A DNA stretch of 64,000 nucleotides, taken from the NCBI RefSeq assembly GCF_006345805.1, contig NC_043005.1, forward strand, positions 33,666,001 to 33,730,000. The letters are read 5' to 3'. The DNA comes from Octopus sinensis. Lineage: Eukaryota. Positions 22,056 to 35,879 of this stretch are shown piece after piece (position 1 is the stretch's first letter; every line of letters starts with the position of its first letter). The notes under the pieces were generated by a model. The model saw nothing but the letters and a program-made list of their open reading frames with translations. It was not told the DNA's origin and ran no database searches. A program made the position numbers and the translations under genes.

Positions 22056-25000
22056 ATTTTAGTCCTTTTCAGGTCTATCCACCAATGGCTGTTGACGATT
22101 GCATCTGCCAACTCTCGATGGACTAAGTTGATAACCCAGTTTCTGAAAGCTTGGCGCACCAGGAAGGACACGTTCTGCTTCCAGTATCCAGGGCCCTGTC
22201 TGTGGATCCTATCTATGTCAACTGTACAGATCACACATTTATGTTCTGTGTAGCCAACGACTTTGAAATGTGGACAGCTTATACTACTTCTATCTACAGG
22301 CCTACAAAATACTCTATCTAGATATGATCTGGAAGACCCGATGTGGTTTGCCCATGTCCACATTGGTACATTCAGGTAATCTAATCAGTACCTGTCAGCC
22401 AACTGGAAGCAGCTGAGCAGGCTTGTGTGGTTTTTACCCCTTTCCTATCAGCTAGCCCCACCCTATCCAGGTGTGCATCCAAGATAGCATTCCAGTCACA
22501 CACTAACATTAAAGAGCATGATGTCCCAAGGAAAACCTCCAAACATCTGAAGAAATCTAACTGCCCTGCTCCTGTGGGGCCATAAACAGCAACTAGTCTA
22601 AAGGTACTGCCTTCACTGTCACTCACATCCAGGACCACCAACTTACCTTCCAGGTCCAGGAAGATTGTCTGAATTTCAAGATCCAGGCCTTTTTTAAACA
22701 GCACTGCCACCCTACCTCCCATTCTGGGTGGACTAAGAGATGTGTAGATCTCATAATTGTCAAAAATGGGTGCAAGATCCCATGTTGGAAATCCTGGTCT
22801 CCCTAGCTGCTGTCACATCCAAACCTAGCAACCTGAGGTCATTGAGCAAGTGAACCTGCTTCCAGGGTGACTTCAGGCTGTGAACATTTATGCATCCTAC
22901 TCTGGCAATCACCATGATGGCTCGAAAGGGTTGAGGAAAAGAAGAAAAAAAAACAGTTCCTGGAGCTGTTGGCAACCCAGTGACCCAGACTCCAGATCTG
23001 GTTCCTCTGAGAAACCAGCTAAAAGCCTCTTGATAGCGCAGACGTTTGGCCTTCCCATGTCATGTGAGAAGTCCCTCTGAGTTTCTTTATATAATTTGAG
23101 GAGTAACCATATTAACATTAAATGATCCAGAACTTTAAGGGTACTAGTGTCATAAATTTCACCCTCTCTCACAATTTGCTTGTTTTTGGCTATGAGAGCC
23201 AACAAATTTTTGTTGGCTCTCCTCATGAGCACATAGTTTGGTGTTTTCTTGTAGGTGACTGAGATTTCTTGGGGTGGGGTGGGGCTACACGTGGTTGTGT
23301 GTGCAATGGTAGATTTGGTTGGGGATGGTGGTACTGGTGTTGTTTGTGCTGTTTCTATGTTTGATGTGCTGGGGATTCTGTGTGTTTGGGTGTTGGTGTC
23401 GGTTCTTTTGTTTCCTTTGCCTTTTTTGTTTTTTTCACTTTGTGGGGTTCTTTGTCATCTTCACTATGGGATGAGAAGTGGCTAGTATCTGTATGGTCTG
23501 TCTCAGGGAGTGTGTCTGTGAGTGTATGCTTGAGAAAGGGGTGAGGGTGATTGGTTTGAGAGATACACCGGTTGGTTTTCCCCATTGTATGGGGTTCATG
23601 TGCTTCTGTTGTTGTTGTTGTTATTGGAGGTGAGGCTGCAGGTGTGGCCATGCACCTCCTGAATTTTGAGGGCAGAAGGCTCTCAGGTGGCTTGTGGACC
23701 CACACTTGTCACATCTGGGCTTCCTGCCTTACACAATGACACACCATTCTACCCTGTTGGGCAGCTGGATCAGGTCCAGGATCTTCTAGATATTCTCTGG
23801 TTTCACATGGATTAATATCTCCAGTTGATCCTGTACCAATTCTCCCTGCTGCTCCTTTTTACCTCCAGGAGTGCCTCCAGATCCTGCATAGCACAGGCAA
23901 TGATCCACCAGATGTTTAAACCTGGTTGCACACCGTTTACCCTAATTTTTGTCATTCTCTTCAAGAAGTAGGTGAGATACAGGACCTGCTCCTCAGCCCA
24001 CTGGAATGAAACTGCATGTCTTTGCACAAGGACTTCACTTTTAAAGAGAACCTCAATGTTGGCAAATTGCCTCCCTCTCTGCATGAGAGTCACATCATCA
24101 TCATCATCGTTTAATGTCCGTTTTCCATGCTAGCATGAGTTGGACGGTTCAACTGGGGTCTGGGGAGCCAGAAGGCAGCGCCAGGCCCAGTCTGATCTGG
24201 CAGTGTTTCTACAGCTGGGTGCCCTTCCTAACACCAACCACTCCATGAGTGTAGTGGGTGCTTTTTATGTGCCACCTGCACAGGTGCCAGACGAGGCTGG
24301 CAAACGGCCACGATCAGATGGTGCTTTTTACGTGCCACCGGCACGGGGACCAGACGAGGCTGGCAATGGCCACAATCAGATGGTGCTTTTTACATGTCAC
24401 TGGCACGGAGGCCAGTCAGGGCAGCGCTGGCAATGCCCACGTTCGGACGGTTCCCTTACATGCCACCAGCACTGGTATCACAGCTACAATTTCCATTGAT
24501 GTTGATCGATTTCGGTTTTGATTTTCACATCTATTAAAATTTCTCTGAGGGCCTTCTTCACATGACTAATGGAAGCTATTTCGAATCTCTTACATTTCCA
24601 TGATACACATTTAAAATACACTGTCTTTCCTTCTTTTGCCTCTATTATTTCAGAAGGTATGAGCAATGATGCCTTACCCAGCAACAACTTTGATGATGTC
24701 TTTTGCTTTTGAAAGTTCTAGAATTTTGTCCTTGAGAGGAAGTGTAAACATTTCCTTCTTTGTGTTTGCTACATCAGCAAACCTCTTGTTTTTGTTGTTG
24801 CTGTTGTTACTGCTGCTGCTGCTGTTGCCGTTGGTGGTAATGGTGGTGGTGTTGTGGTCACTTCCACTGTTGCCACCCTCCACACTACTGTCACTACCTT
24901 CAATTGTAGTATTATTTTCTCCACTGAAATCCATTGTGTTCTGAATTGCATTGCTGTTGCTAATATTACTACTACTACTTCCACAGCTGTCTCTGCTGCC

Positions 25001-25200
25001 ATTGTTGTCTCCACCACTGCCACTATCATCGCCAGCACTGCTGTTGCCAATGCTTTCACTGTTGCTACTATGAGGTGGACTTTGAACTTTGGTACCCTTC
25101 TTTTTCTCCTCCCCCTCACCAGTAATGTTTTTAGTAGCTGAGAGAAGAGGAGGGAAATCTTCAGTATTCAAAAGACTTTTTTGAGGAGGGGCAGCTTTTT
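22040..25200 (-). mobile_element. L1/Tx1-clade LINE, 5' half only (ORF1 with CCHC knuckle plus APE endonuclease), decayed
   Basis: ORF1 knuckle GRKPRCDKCGSTSHLRAFC (about 23670-23725). EN motifs VGCINVHSL, RETR, LVAVYGP, CDWNAILD, SYLDRV and GPGYWKQN. No RT remains. Confidence 0.85.
24097..24524 (-). mobile_element. Family A short retroposon inserted in the Tx1 ORF1, with a 7-bp TSD
   Basis: TCACATC at 24090-24096 and 24525-24531. Removing the insert rejoins ORF1 in frame (IDV-TLMQRG). Confidence 0.85.
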
Positions 25201-25434
25201 TCTTAAATCTTCCAAGATGTGTTCTGCCATCTTGTTAATTTATATTGTATTAAAATGTCCACTAAATTTATTTGGGCTGAATATTACCCTGCTAGGGGCT
25301 AAACAAACACAGGTACCCAAAGCCAGGTCCCTAGTGTTTCTATTAACAAACTGCAACAAATAGTTGTAAACTAAAGTTTTAAGCAAAATTTACTTTGTGC
25401 CTTCAAAAATACATCTGTCGTGTTCAGCAGTAAA

Positions 25435-25950
25435 TAATAATAATAATAATAATTCTTTCTCCTGGCAGCACAAGGCTTTAAATTTGTGGAGAGGGGACTA
25501 GTAGATTACATCGACCCCCAGTACACAAGTGGTATTTAATTTATTGACTCTGAAAAGATGACAGGCTAAGTCAACCTCGGCGGAATTTGAACTTAGAATG
25601 TACAGACAGAAAAAATTTTGCAAAGCATTTTGGCTGGCGTGCTAATGGTTCTGCCAGCTCACTGCCTTAATAATAATAATGATGATAATAATAATAATAA
25701 TAACCCTTTCCCTTATAGGCACAAGGCCTGATACTCTGGGGGAGGGGTTTAGTCAATTACATCGATCCAAGTGCGTAACTGGTACTTGTTTCATAGGTCC
25801 TGAAAGAATGAAAGGCAAAGTTGTCTTCAGCAGAATTTGAACTCAAAATGTAAGGACAGATGAAATGCATCTAAGCATTTTGCCTGGTGTGCTGATGGCT
25901 CTGCCAGCTTTCCACCTTAATAAATTAAAATAATAATAATAATAATAACT
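25435..25950 (+). mobile_element. Head-to-tail pair of family C short repeats embedded in (TAA)n tracts
   Basis: Two about 215-bp copies (25453-25670 and 25703-25918), each flanked by (AAT)n. Confidence 0.75.
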
Positions 25951-25959
25951 TCATCGATG

Positions 25960-28900
25960 CCTAGGGTCTCCCCGAGGACATCATCACACTTTCCCACTAC
26001 TAATCCTCTGTATATAGCTAATGCAGAACATCCACCAATCCTATTGCCTGTAGAGGACAGTGAGCGCCTGACAACATTCTAAGAACCAGATGCCCAGTCT
26101 TGGCCTATTCTTTACCCAGCACTGCAGCTCTATCAAGGAGATGAGCTGTGGAAAGGTGTGTCTCACAAATGGAGCCCAAACCTTCTAGAAATCGTTGCGT
26201 GACTTGAGTGTGTGTCTGCACATCAAAAGCCACGGTATGCCTAAGCCACCATGCAGAGGGGGTTGGCAGCAGACTACCTGTCCCTTCCACAAGAAAATAA
26301 ATAGAATACACTTCAATCTAATCAATCAGTAACTGGGCAAGGCAGGACGGTCAGATGATAAATAATGACAGAGGTGATGTAGGCATTCACTATCTCTGCC
26401 CGACCTTGCAGTGACAACTTGCTCTCTACCCATTTCTGGATAAGAAAGGCTACCCTGTTCATCACCTCTTCCCAATTTTTATCCACCTGGAGGTCGGGAC
26501 CAAACCAGACCTTGAGTAGTTTAACTGGTCTGTGTCCAATGACACCATTCAACTGCATCACTTTGCCTCTTCAGGTGCCCAGTCACAATCCCACTGACTT
26601 GTTGGCATTGATTTTGGTCCCTGCAGCTGATTCTTATTCGCTTACAATAAACCTGACCGTCTCCATTTCGGAGGCATCTAACACCATTACAGTGATGTTG
26701 TCCACATATGCCAGCATTGCCCTCCCGAGTCCAATTTCAAAGGGGGGGGGGGCTCTTAACTGTTCCAACTCCCACAGCAGTGGCTCGAGAGGTGACAGCG
26801 GTGATAATGGGCAGCCCTGATGGACTGAACATGCGATACTAAATGGTTCCAATAGGAACCAATTTGGGATCTGTGTAGCCAACCAATTTTAATTGTGGAC
26901 AACCCATGCTATCCCCATCCTCTGACCCACTGTGGTTGTTCCATGTGTGGACATGGAACAACCACAAATCCAGTCAGCACCTGTCAGAAACCTGGAAAGT
27001 CCTGAGCAGGTTTTCGAGACTTTTACACCCACTTCTGCTATGTATTAAACCCACACAGTCCTTCTGTGCAGCCAAAATACTATTCCAGTCTTCCAAGAAT
27101 GTTTCTAGATGCCTGAAGAAATCTGGTCATCCAGCCCCTGTTGGGGCATAAATCAACACTTATCTAAAGACACCACCTTCACTGCCATTCATGTCCAGGA
27201 CTACCACCCTACCATCCAGGTCCAGGAAGATAGACCATACCTGGAGATCTAAGGATTTCTGGAATAGCACTACTACACTGCTACCTACTCCCAATAGACC
27301 ACAAGATGTGAATACCTCGTAGTCCTCGAAAATGGATGCCAGAGTATATTTTCTGGGGATCCTTGTTTCACAAATGGTAGCCACATTCAAATCAAACGAC
27401 CTGAGATCATTAAGCAAGCTACCCTGCTTCCAAGCTGATCCCAGGCCACACATTCACACACCCCATTCTCAGCACAGTCATGCTAGTCAGAGAAAGAAAA
27501 TGAGAAGATTACTCACTTTGATTTTTGAGAAGCCTGGAAGTTCCAAGCCTCTTTACTTGCAAAAATTTTTTAAAAGGCCCTTCCAACAGCCTTTTATCAA
27601 GTGGTTTTTAAAAAAATCTCCATACTACATTGGAATCTTTCCTTTATAGTTTTATAAGTGTCTGATGATGTTTTAATTAAAAGTCTGTCTTTGGGGATTT
27701 TGTGGATGAAATCCTCAAGATCCTTTCCCACTGCCTCTATTTTGTTTTTGTTTTGATTTACAAAATCCACCAATTAACTATTGCAGTTGTTCACAACAGT
27801 GAAATTGATGGATACATTTCGTCTACAGTCTGATGAAGTTAAGTAATTGGTTGCTTCTGTGTTTCTGTGATTTCATGCTGTTGTTGATGATGTTGCTGTT
27901 TTTGAAGTTGTTGTTGTTTTTGTTGGAATGGTTACAAATTGTGTTGCCATTGTGGTTTCAGTATATGTTTTTGTTGAGTTCTTGGAGTAGGGCTATGTAC
28001 TCTCCTCCTCTGTTGTCACTGTGATACATTGATTGTTCAGCTCTTCTATCTCCATGTCTTTGCAGTTGATGTTGGTTTGGGAAGTTGAGCATCCAGGAGA
28101 AGCTTGCTTTTCTGTGGCAACCAGGGGTAGACTCTTTCTTTGTCTTAGTTTGGTAGTGAGTGTGTGCATGAGTGTGGGTTAGGTGTAGGAGTCTTGAGCA
28201 ATTGTTCATGATTTTGCATTTGTGGTGTTTGTAGTGTTGGCAGCAGTGGGAATTTAGTTTTTCTTGTTTCAGAGCCTTTAAGTGAGTTTACAAATCCACA
28301 TGTGTGGCATCTTGGCTTTCTACACTCCACTAACACTGACAAGTGAGACCCATCCGGGAGATTGATTAAATCGGGCAGCTGGTCAATATGGTCCTGCTTG
28401 CATTGTAAGGTCAGTTCCATACCTATACCTGACCAGTTTTGCTTAGGTAGTTTCTTGACCTCCAATATTGTCCCTTCATCTTCTTCTAAGCCTGCCAAAA
28501 TGGCCACCACTAATCAGGTAATGGATATTTCTGGCGGCACATTCAGCACCCTAATCTTAGCAAGGCATTGGTCACTATAACTGGGGATTAAAAAAAAGTA
28601 GTCATTCCTCAAAGTGGTTGTGGACTTGCACCTGGCTTCTTCTTCCATCCCCAAATCTCACCTCAATAGTTCCAAAATTCTTTCCTCAAGTGATGTGGGT
28701 CTTTTGTTCTCACACGTGCCCAAGGCATTTTTGCATTTCACTTTCAGGAGCATTTTCCACCCAGCATGATTTAACTCCGATGCTGCGGTATGTGACAGTC
28801 CATCTTAAGATATTTTCTATCACGCTGGTTTAGAGTTACCCTTCTCCCATTCCTTTTTACAATTTTCTTTGCCATTTTAAAATCTTCTTCATCTCTGCAA

Positions 28901-29250
28901 AGATTTTCCATATTTCTCGTCAGAAATGCAAAAGAAACGGAGGTGATATTCACATTTTTATGTTTCATTTCTTTTGTATTTTGTTGTAGCTGTTGTTGTT
29001 GTCAACACCAAAAATTTTGATTTTGCTTAGAGATGAAACATTATTCACTTTGGTGACATCATTAAATTCAGGCCATGCAATATTCTTGTTCTCATTTTAT
29101 ATTCTGATGAGGAACGTGTTCTTTTGTCGAATTTTATCAGCGATCTTTAACTGAATAATCAAAAAAGTAAAATATAATTTTTTTCCGAAAGTTGCTAAGA
29201 TTTAAAAAATTATAGATGCACTTTCCTGCAAAACAGTGGGTGTTTCTACA
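25960..29250 (-). mobile_element. Second L1/Tx1-clade LINE (ORF1, endonuclease, internally deleted RT), decayed
   Basis: ORF1 VECRKPRCHTCG; EN LLNDLRSFDLNVATICETR, VVVLFQK; RT SVHQGCPLSP, AYVDN, KLSLQGRAEIVNAY. The EN end is fused directly to the RT middle near 26850. Confidence 0.85.
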
Positions 29251-31189
29251 CAAAATACTGTCTGCTCACTCCAGATAATCTCAGTGATGCAATGATAACA
29301 ATAAAATGAAAACACAGGGACTTAGAAGGCCAGAAAGATTACAAACAATGTTTCAACTTATGGAGCTCCAAATTTCCATGACTTTACAGTATGGCAGCCA
29401 TAATGATGATAACGATGATGATGATGGTGGTGGTGGTGATGATACACTTATCAGTGGAACCATTGCTTATGATAGTGTAGTGTTGTTTCTGATGAAACCT
29501 ATTGAACAGCTACATGGGTTAAGTGATTGAGAATTTAGTGATGTGGCCAGCTGTTACTTTCAGAAAACCAATATTTGTGGTTTTAAATGTCAGGTTTTCA
29601 GAATGGAATCAAGTGCCATACTGTTCTGACACTTCATCCAGATTTTATAATCAGTTGATTTATTGTCTTAGACATCTCTCTACCACATTGGCAATTATAA
29701 TTAATCGTTTCTCAAAATGTCACAGTTTTATTGGGAATGTTAGCAGAGATTAAGTGACATTCATGCCTTTCTCAAGAATATTAGCAGTGCACATAAACTG
29801 AACACATTTTAACCAATAGCTACCTGTTTTTTAGACTTGACTGAGTGGTTCTTTACCATTTATTCAAAGGAGCTCACCACTATTGGGGAGAGCCTAGTTG
29901 GACCCTCACCTGGTAATATACATAAGAAAAAATTACAGTACCAACTGGTATCAAAACTTACTGAATATAGAAGAAGCTGTTGCTATTGATATATTTATCA
30001 GTTGAGTACTTCTCAACCTGACACAAAGTAATCTCTACCCAACCAAATGAAAATAATATTGAAGTTTTCATTCTTCTCCATTATCATCGAATAGCCATTT
30101 TGATAATGTTTCTTTCCATGTCACTCATTCAACTCTGATTTATTTTATACCAGACATTTTAATGTTCCCTTTATTTCAATATTTCTCTTCCCCAAGGCAG
30201 TGAGCTGGCAGAATCATTGGCACTCCAGGCAAAATGCTTAGTGGTATTTCATTCATCTTTACATCTAAGTTCAAATTCTGCTGAGGTCAACTTAGCCTTT
30301 CATCTGTTCAGAGTTGATAAGATAAGTACCAGTTGATCAATGGGGTTGATGTAATCAACTTACTCCCTCCCTTGAATTTGCTGGCCTTGTGCCAAAATTT
30401 TGAACCAATATTTCTCTTCTGCTCTCCACTCTTTCTCTATGTCTATGTGTTTGAGGAGAGGGAAAATATTTAGATAAATTGTGCAATGTCTCTCACCCCT
30501 TTCTCTCATTCTTTCTATCTTTATGTTCATATTACTATGCATGCATGCACATGTGTCTGTGTGTGTGCATGCATACATGCATGTGTGTGTGTGTGTGTTT
30601 GCCTCCAGTCCCAAAACATACTGTTGCTAAAACAGGTTGAATATCCAGTTAACCATGCCAGATAATCAGTCTCCAAACAGCTATGTCCAGTAGTCTCATT
30701 CTCCATCCTCTATATCAATGACAAGAAAATTTAGAGTTTACGACCATTTTTTTAAATGATGATTAATTCTGTATTGTGTTTCAGGATGGTCATTGGACAA
30801 GTTTAAATAGTTTAGAAACCATCTTCATTTTATTAACCATCATGATTTGTTTGTTCCTTTTTAATTCTCACAACACTCCCTCTCCCTTCTTCTATGGACC
30901 AGTACCAGTCTGTGGATCATTTGCTACTGGGTTGCAAATAAATAATTAACTTGTTGAACTTTATTGAACTTTAATTTTAAAAGATTTGTTTAAATATTCA
31001 ATATTCATCTACTCAAAACTATCTATCACAACTGTAAGCACTTTTTGCAATTAAAGTATATTTTTTATTTATTTCTAACTAGCATAGATACCTGGTGTTG
31101 CTTGGGATCAAAATGGCATAGTTTTTTATTCTTTTACTTGTTTCAGTCATTTAACTGTGGCCATGCTGGAGCACTGTCTTTAGTTGAAT

Positions 31190-31490
31190 AGAAAGAAAGA
31201 AAAAAAAAGAAAGAAAGAGGGTGGGAGGGAGGAAGAAATAAAGAAAAAAGAAAGGAAGGAAAGAAAGAAAGAACAAAAGAAAGTATGAAAGAAAGAATGA
31301 AAGAAAGAACGAAAGAAAGAGGGAAAGAACAAAAGAAAGAAAGAAGGAGGGAGGGAGAAAGAAGGAAAGGAAGGAAGGAAGGAGAGAGGGAGGGAGGGAG
31401 AAAGAAAAGAAAGAACAAAAGAAAGAGAGAAAGAAACAGAAACTATTACAGAGGGTGAGAGAAAAAGAATGAGAAGAGAAGCAGAATGAG
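31190..31490. repeat. Purine-rich (GAAA)n/(GGAA)n low-complexity tract
   Basis: Almost all purines on the plus strand. Confidence 0.9.
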
Positions 31491-31589
31491 AAAAAGGAGA
31501 GAATCAGTTGAAAACTGCAGTTTTTAGAGAAAAACCTATGTAAAACACGTTTTTTCCCTGTTTCTCACTTTACGCGGGAGCTCTGGGCA

Positions 31590-32414
31590 AAAAATTATAG
31601 AAATGCTGGCAAACTGAAAAATTTCACCTGAGCTTAATAGTGTTTTGCAAGATGTGATTAAAGTTATTAACTACATTTAAAGTATATGCTCTTAACTCGT
31701 GCCTGTTCGAGCAACTTTGTGAAGAGATGGATGCAGAACATTATTCACTGAGTGAGTGCATGATCACCTGTCCCAGCTTTCAAAAGTGTTTGAACATTAC
31801 TTTCCAAACACAAAAGATCTCTGGATAGGAAAGGAATTAATCTGCAATCTGTTTGTGAACAAGTCAGGTGAATCAACTTTAACCCTGATAGAAGAAGATC
31901 AGCTGCTTGCCATTACAAATGATGGTGGCTTTAAAGGTTTATCTGAGACAACTTCAAACCTTCTTGCATTCTAGATTAAAGTCAAGACAGAATATCCTGA
32001 CATCACCACAAAAGCACTGAAAGCTCTGCTTCCTTTTCTAACATCCAGGGTTTTCTGCAATGACAATAACCAAAACAAAATTATGAAGTAGACTAGACGT
32101 AAGGAACACACTTTGAGTGTCATTGTCTCCCATCACTCCCAGATGGGACCATCTAGTTTCAGGGAAACAAGCATAGGGCTCCCACTGATTCTACATTATG
32201 GTGTGTTGATATTGATATGATAATAATGTAATAAGTATTGATTCAAAGAAACTAAACACACAAGTTTGTAGTTGGGCTGGAGCCCAGACATCTTTTTATT
32301 ATTGCTTTCTTTATTGAAATGCACTTAAATTGCACATATGTACCACTACCGGTCTGCAGAAGCATTGTCCAGTATGAAGTCAGTCTGTGGTATAAAAATG
32401 GTTGGAGACCACTG
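31590..32414 (+). mobile_element. hAT Charlie/Buster transposase 3' fragment with right TIR
   Basis: ELNSVLQDVIKVINY..ALNS.LFEQLCEEMDAEH, then KTEYPDITTKALKALLPF..GFSAM..TK..SRLDV..PRWDHLV. TIR ggttggagaccactg at 32400-32414, followed by the TA-centred tcttaaac. Confidence 0.85.
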
Positions 32415-32524
32415 TCTTAAACAACTCAATACTTGAAATATTAAGAGAAACATAACCATCTGATGTGTTTATAAAGAATCTATCTACAATAAAAGAAGGA
32501 CAAACTGCGCAAAGCCTGTTTTAA

Positions 32525-32731
32525 CCCTTTTGTGTTTAAACTGGCCATATCTGGCCCAGATATTCTACATGTTTTATATTCAAACTGGCGATATCTGGCC
32601 TCTCACATGTCATTCTAAATAAAAACAATCACATCATTGAAACCTCAAAGATATAAGATAATGCATAATTAATTCAAAACATTTGAGTGGAAAAGTATTA
32701 CATTTAACAGAGTAATCTGAACACTAAAGGG
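32525..32731. mobile_element. piggyBac-type MITE
   Basis: TTAA on both sides (32521-24 and 32732-35). TIRs cccttttgtgtttaaa / tctgaacactaaaggg (13/16 match). Confidence 0.75.
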
Positions 32732-34539
32732 TTAAGAGTTTTTACAGTTTCATCAGCAGTCACACTACATTTTATTACTACCATGGGATTGTACTTATGG
32801 CTACTGTTGTTATATTACACATGCACACACATATCTAGCTTTCACTTCTCATATAGAAAGTTGTTTTCAGCCATTGAGAATGTTTGTGAAATTGTGAAAT
32901 AGTAAATACCATTTTCGACTACATCTCTAACTGATGCTGTTCACCCTTTCTTAGACATAGGATCATATTGAGAGGTACGATTATAGTAAGCAGAGTCCAC
33001 CTTGGCATGTTGCCAGTAATTTATTGTCATTTTAATCATGTAAGAGAGAAGATGACATGTAAAATTTATCTTAGGTGGTTTCTAAGATCAGTGAAGGAAA
33101 TGAAATACTGCTCTGTCAAATCAATGTTTACTCAGAGCATTGAAAATTGATTAATGACAATGTGCAAGGCCACAGATTTAAGGGCTTCAGTGTAGTTAAT
33201 TAAATCAACCCTAGTATTTGAGAGGAATTTATTTTAGAAACCCTGGAAGAATGAAAGGACTGAAAAGCAAAGTTTACCTTGGTAGGATTCAAAATCTGAA
33301 TGTAATGATGTGTGATGGAATATTTAAAGAATTTGTCAAATATTTTATGGTTCTGTCAAACTGTGTCTCTCCAACACCAACTTTTTTGTCCCACATTGCT
33401 ATGAAATCAGTGGTAGGGTAGTGAATTGGCAGAATTTACTGTCCTACCACTGCAGTGTTGGTTAAAATGTCATGTATTCAGTTGTGATCATGAGTTCAAA
33501 TCCTGCTGAGGTTAACTTTACCTTTCATCTTTCCAAGGTCAATAAAATAAAGTATCAGTCAGGTACTAGGATGGATATAATACTTATATTAAACACCTTA
33601 GATGTAAATGAAATTATAATAAAAGACCTAGAGTTTTTCCACTTTCATTTTAGAAAATGAATCAATTTATAAGAAAAACACAATATACTATGTACTTAAC
33701 AGCCATTCCTGGTTTGGTGTGTTCACTTCAAGAATGACAAAATCACATAGAACATTAATTCTGGCAGAATTAATATTGGTTGAATCAATAGAGGAAACAA
33801 CATTAATGGAAGATGTCCGAAATTAAGATGATAAGATTGTCACATAGTGGGACCAAACCCGGAACCATGTGGTTGGGAAGCAAACTTCTTAAGAATATAT
33901 TGCCCATATACAGTGGTGGTTCTCTAAAGCTTTTCTCTGCCCCAACCCCAACCTTCTTTTTCTGACTGATTTCTGAGAAGTCATTTGTTTTCCTTATTTG
34001 ATTTTCCTAAAAATTCATTGATGACATGACATAAGCTTATTAAATATTTGAAATATACTTTCACATTTCCTCTGTTCCTTCAAACACACAAACACAATGT
34101 GCACGTGGCATACACACAAAGACATACTGATGGTCAGTCTTTAGAAATAGTTACGTACACACATATACACAATTACAAAGAAAAGCATATGTGTATGTGT
34201 GTGTATATGTGTATGTGCATGCATGTATGTAAATATATACATTTATACATACATATATATGAAAATGTACACGGTGTCATGTCTCATGAACATAAACTAA
34301 AATGCCCATCCCCACAATCTGGCATTTGAATGCACAAATGTAATTAATGCGTGAATATATGTACACATTCATATACACTCTCTTTCTCTCTCTGACACAC
34401 TCACATATATACACATGCATACATCTACATATGTATACACATGTATGTTTATGTGTGTGTTTGTGTACATATATACACATAAACATATATACATATGTAT
34501 ATATGTACATACACATACATATAGTGATATATATATATA

Positions 34540-34745
34540 TATGTATGTATGTATGTATATATATATATATGTTTATATATATATATGTGTGTGTATGTGC
34601 ATATATGTGTGTGTGTGTATATATATATGTATGTATGTATGCATGTATGTATGTATGTATGTATGTATGTATGTATGTATGTATGTATGTATGTATGTAT
34701 GTATGTATGTATGTATGTATGTATGTATGTATGTATGTATGTATG
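34540..34745. repeat. (TATG)n and TA/TG compound microsatellite
   Basis: Long near-perfect TATG run at 34626-34745. Confidence 0.95.
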
Positions 34746-35879
34746 TGTGCATTTGTGTGTGTGTGATCATGTACTAAAGTTCAGAAGTTTACACAGTATT
34801 ACTCCCAGCTGTTACTTGATCATGACAAATCTGTTCCTTTTCTTGTTTGCCAGTCTTTCTTGTCTACGTAGAATGTGATCCACGTTTGTTATCTACCTCT
34901 GGTTTATCCATTTTAATCAATGCTGCCATGCAATCACTAATTGTCGTGTTGTCGACGTAGCTAAATGACCAAACAGCTTAACTTATCATCAGCTTTACCT
35001 CAAAAACAAATCTTGCATAGATATTACATTAGTAACACAAAACTGACTGGGAAAAAAAAGTACAAAATCCCTAAAAGTATTAAATATGCATATTTTCTAT
35101 TAAAAAATTATCATTTTAGTGAAATATTTCACAATTTTTCAACAAGTTTTCTCTCTCTGCTTCAAATAGAAATTTGGCAAAAGAAAGGAACACCATTAAA
35201 TATAAAACCATCACAACAAACTTGAGGCTTTAAACATCAAATTATTTATTGTTTTTTAATTCTAAGAAGATTCTTCACTTTAAAGAAAGAACAGAAAGGC
35301 GAAAAAAAAAAAAAACTGACAAAACCCAGGTACTCAATTTGAGTTCATTCATTGATGGGAATATTAAAGATAATCAAGGATTATTACTAATTACTGAACT
35401 GATATCAGACCTGTCCAAACACATTATTTAAGCACCAGAATTGTAAGTTCGATTGTTTATTCTTTTATTTTTTTATTTGCTTCAGTCATTGGCCTGTGGT
35501 CATGCTGGAGCACTGACTTGAAATCAACCACGATATTTATTTTTTACATTTGGTACTTATTCTTCTTTTAGTTCTATTTTGCTGAAACATTAAGTTATGG
35601 GGACATAAACAAACCATCACTAGTTTCAAGTTGTAAAAGAAAAGTACTAACACATATGCATACCCACACATATATACATTCGGACATACATACATAGATA
35701 CTTAGATACATATGTACATGCATGCATACATACATCACACAGCTACATCCTTGTTACATGAGAAAAGCCATTGCCAAGAAGACTTACTGAAATGATTCAT
35801 GATTGTTGCCATGTGATGCCCTTAAATGACTTTTAAGCCCGCCAAGCTTTTACACATTTTATTACATATTAGACAACTG

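Noticed and set aside
24666-25171. Ser/Gly/Asn-rich 165-aa ORF resembling a host low-complexity protein
   Set aside because: It is collinear with, and continues into, the Tx1 ORF1 and its CCHC knuckle.
29760-30130. Minus-strand segment with splice-like motifs and partly open frames
   Set aside because: Stops in all frames, the implied intron is too short, and there is no recognisable homology.
34347-34878. Several 100-140 aa ORFs (MYVC repeats)
   Set aside because: These are translations of (TATG)n and TA/TG microsatellites.
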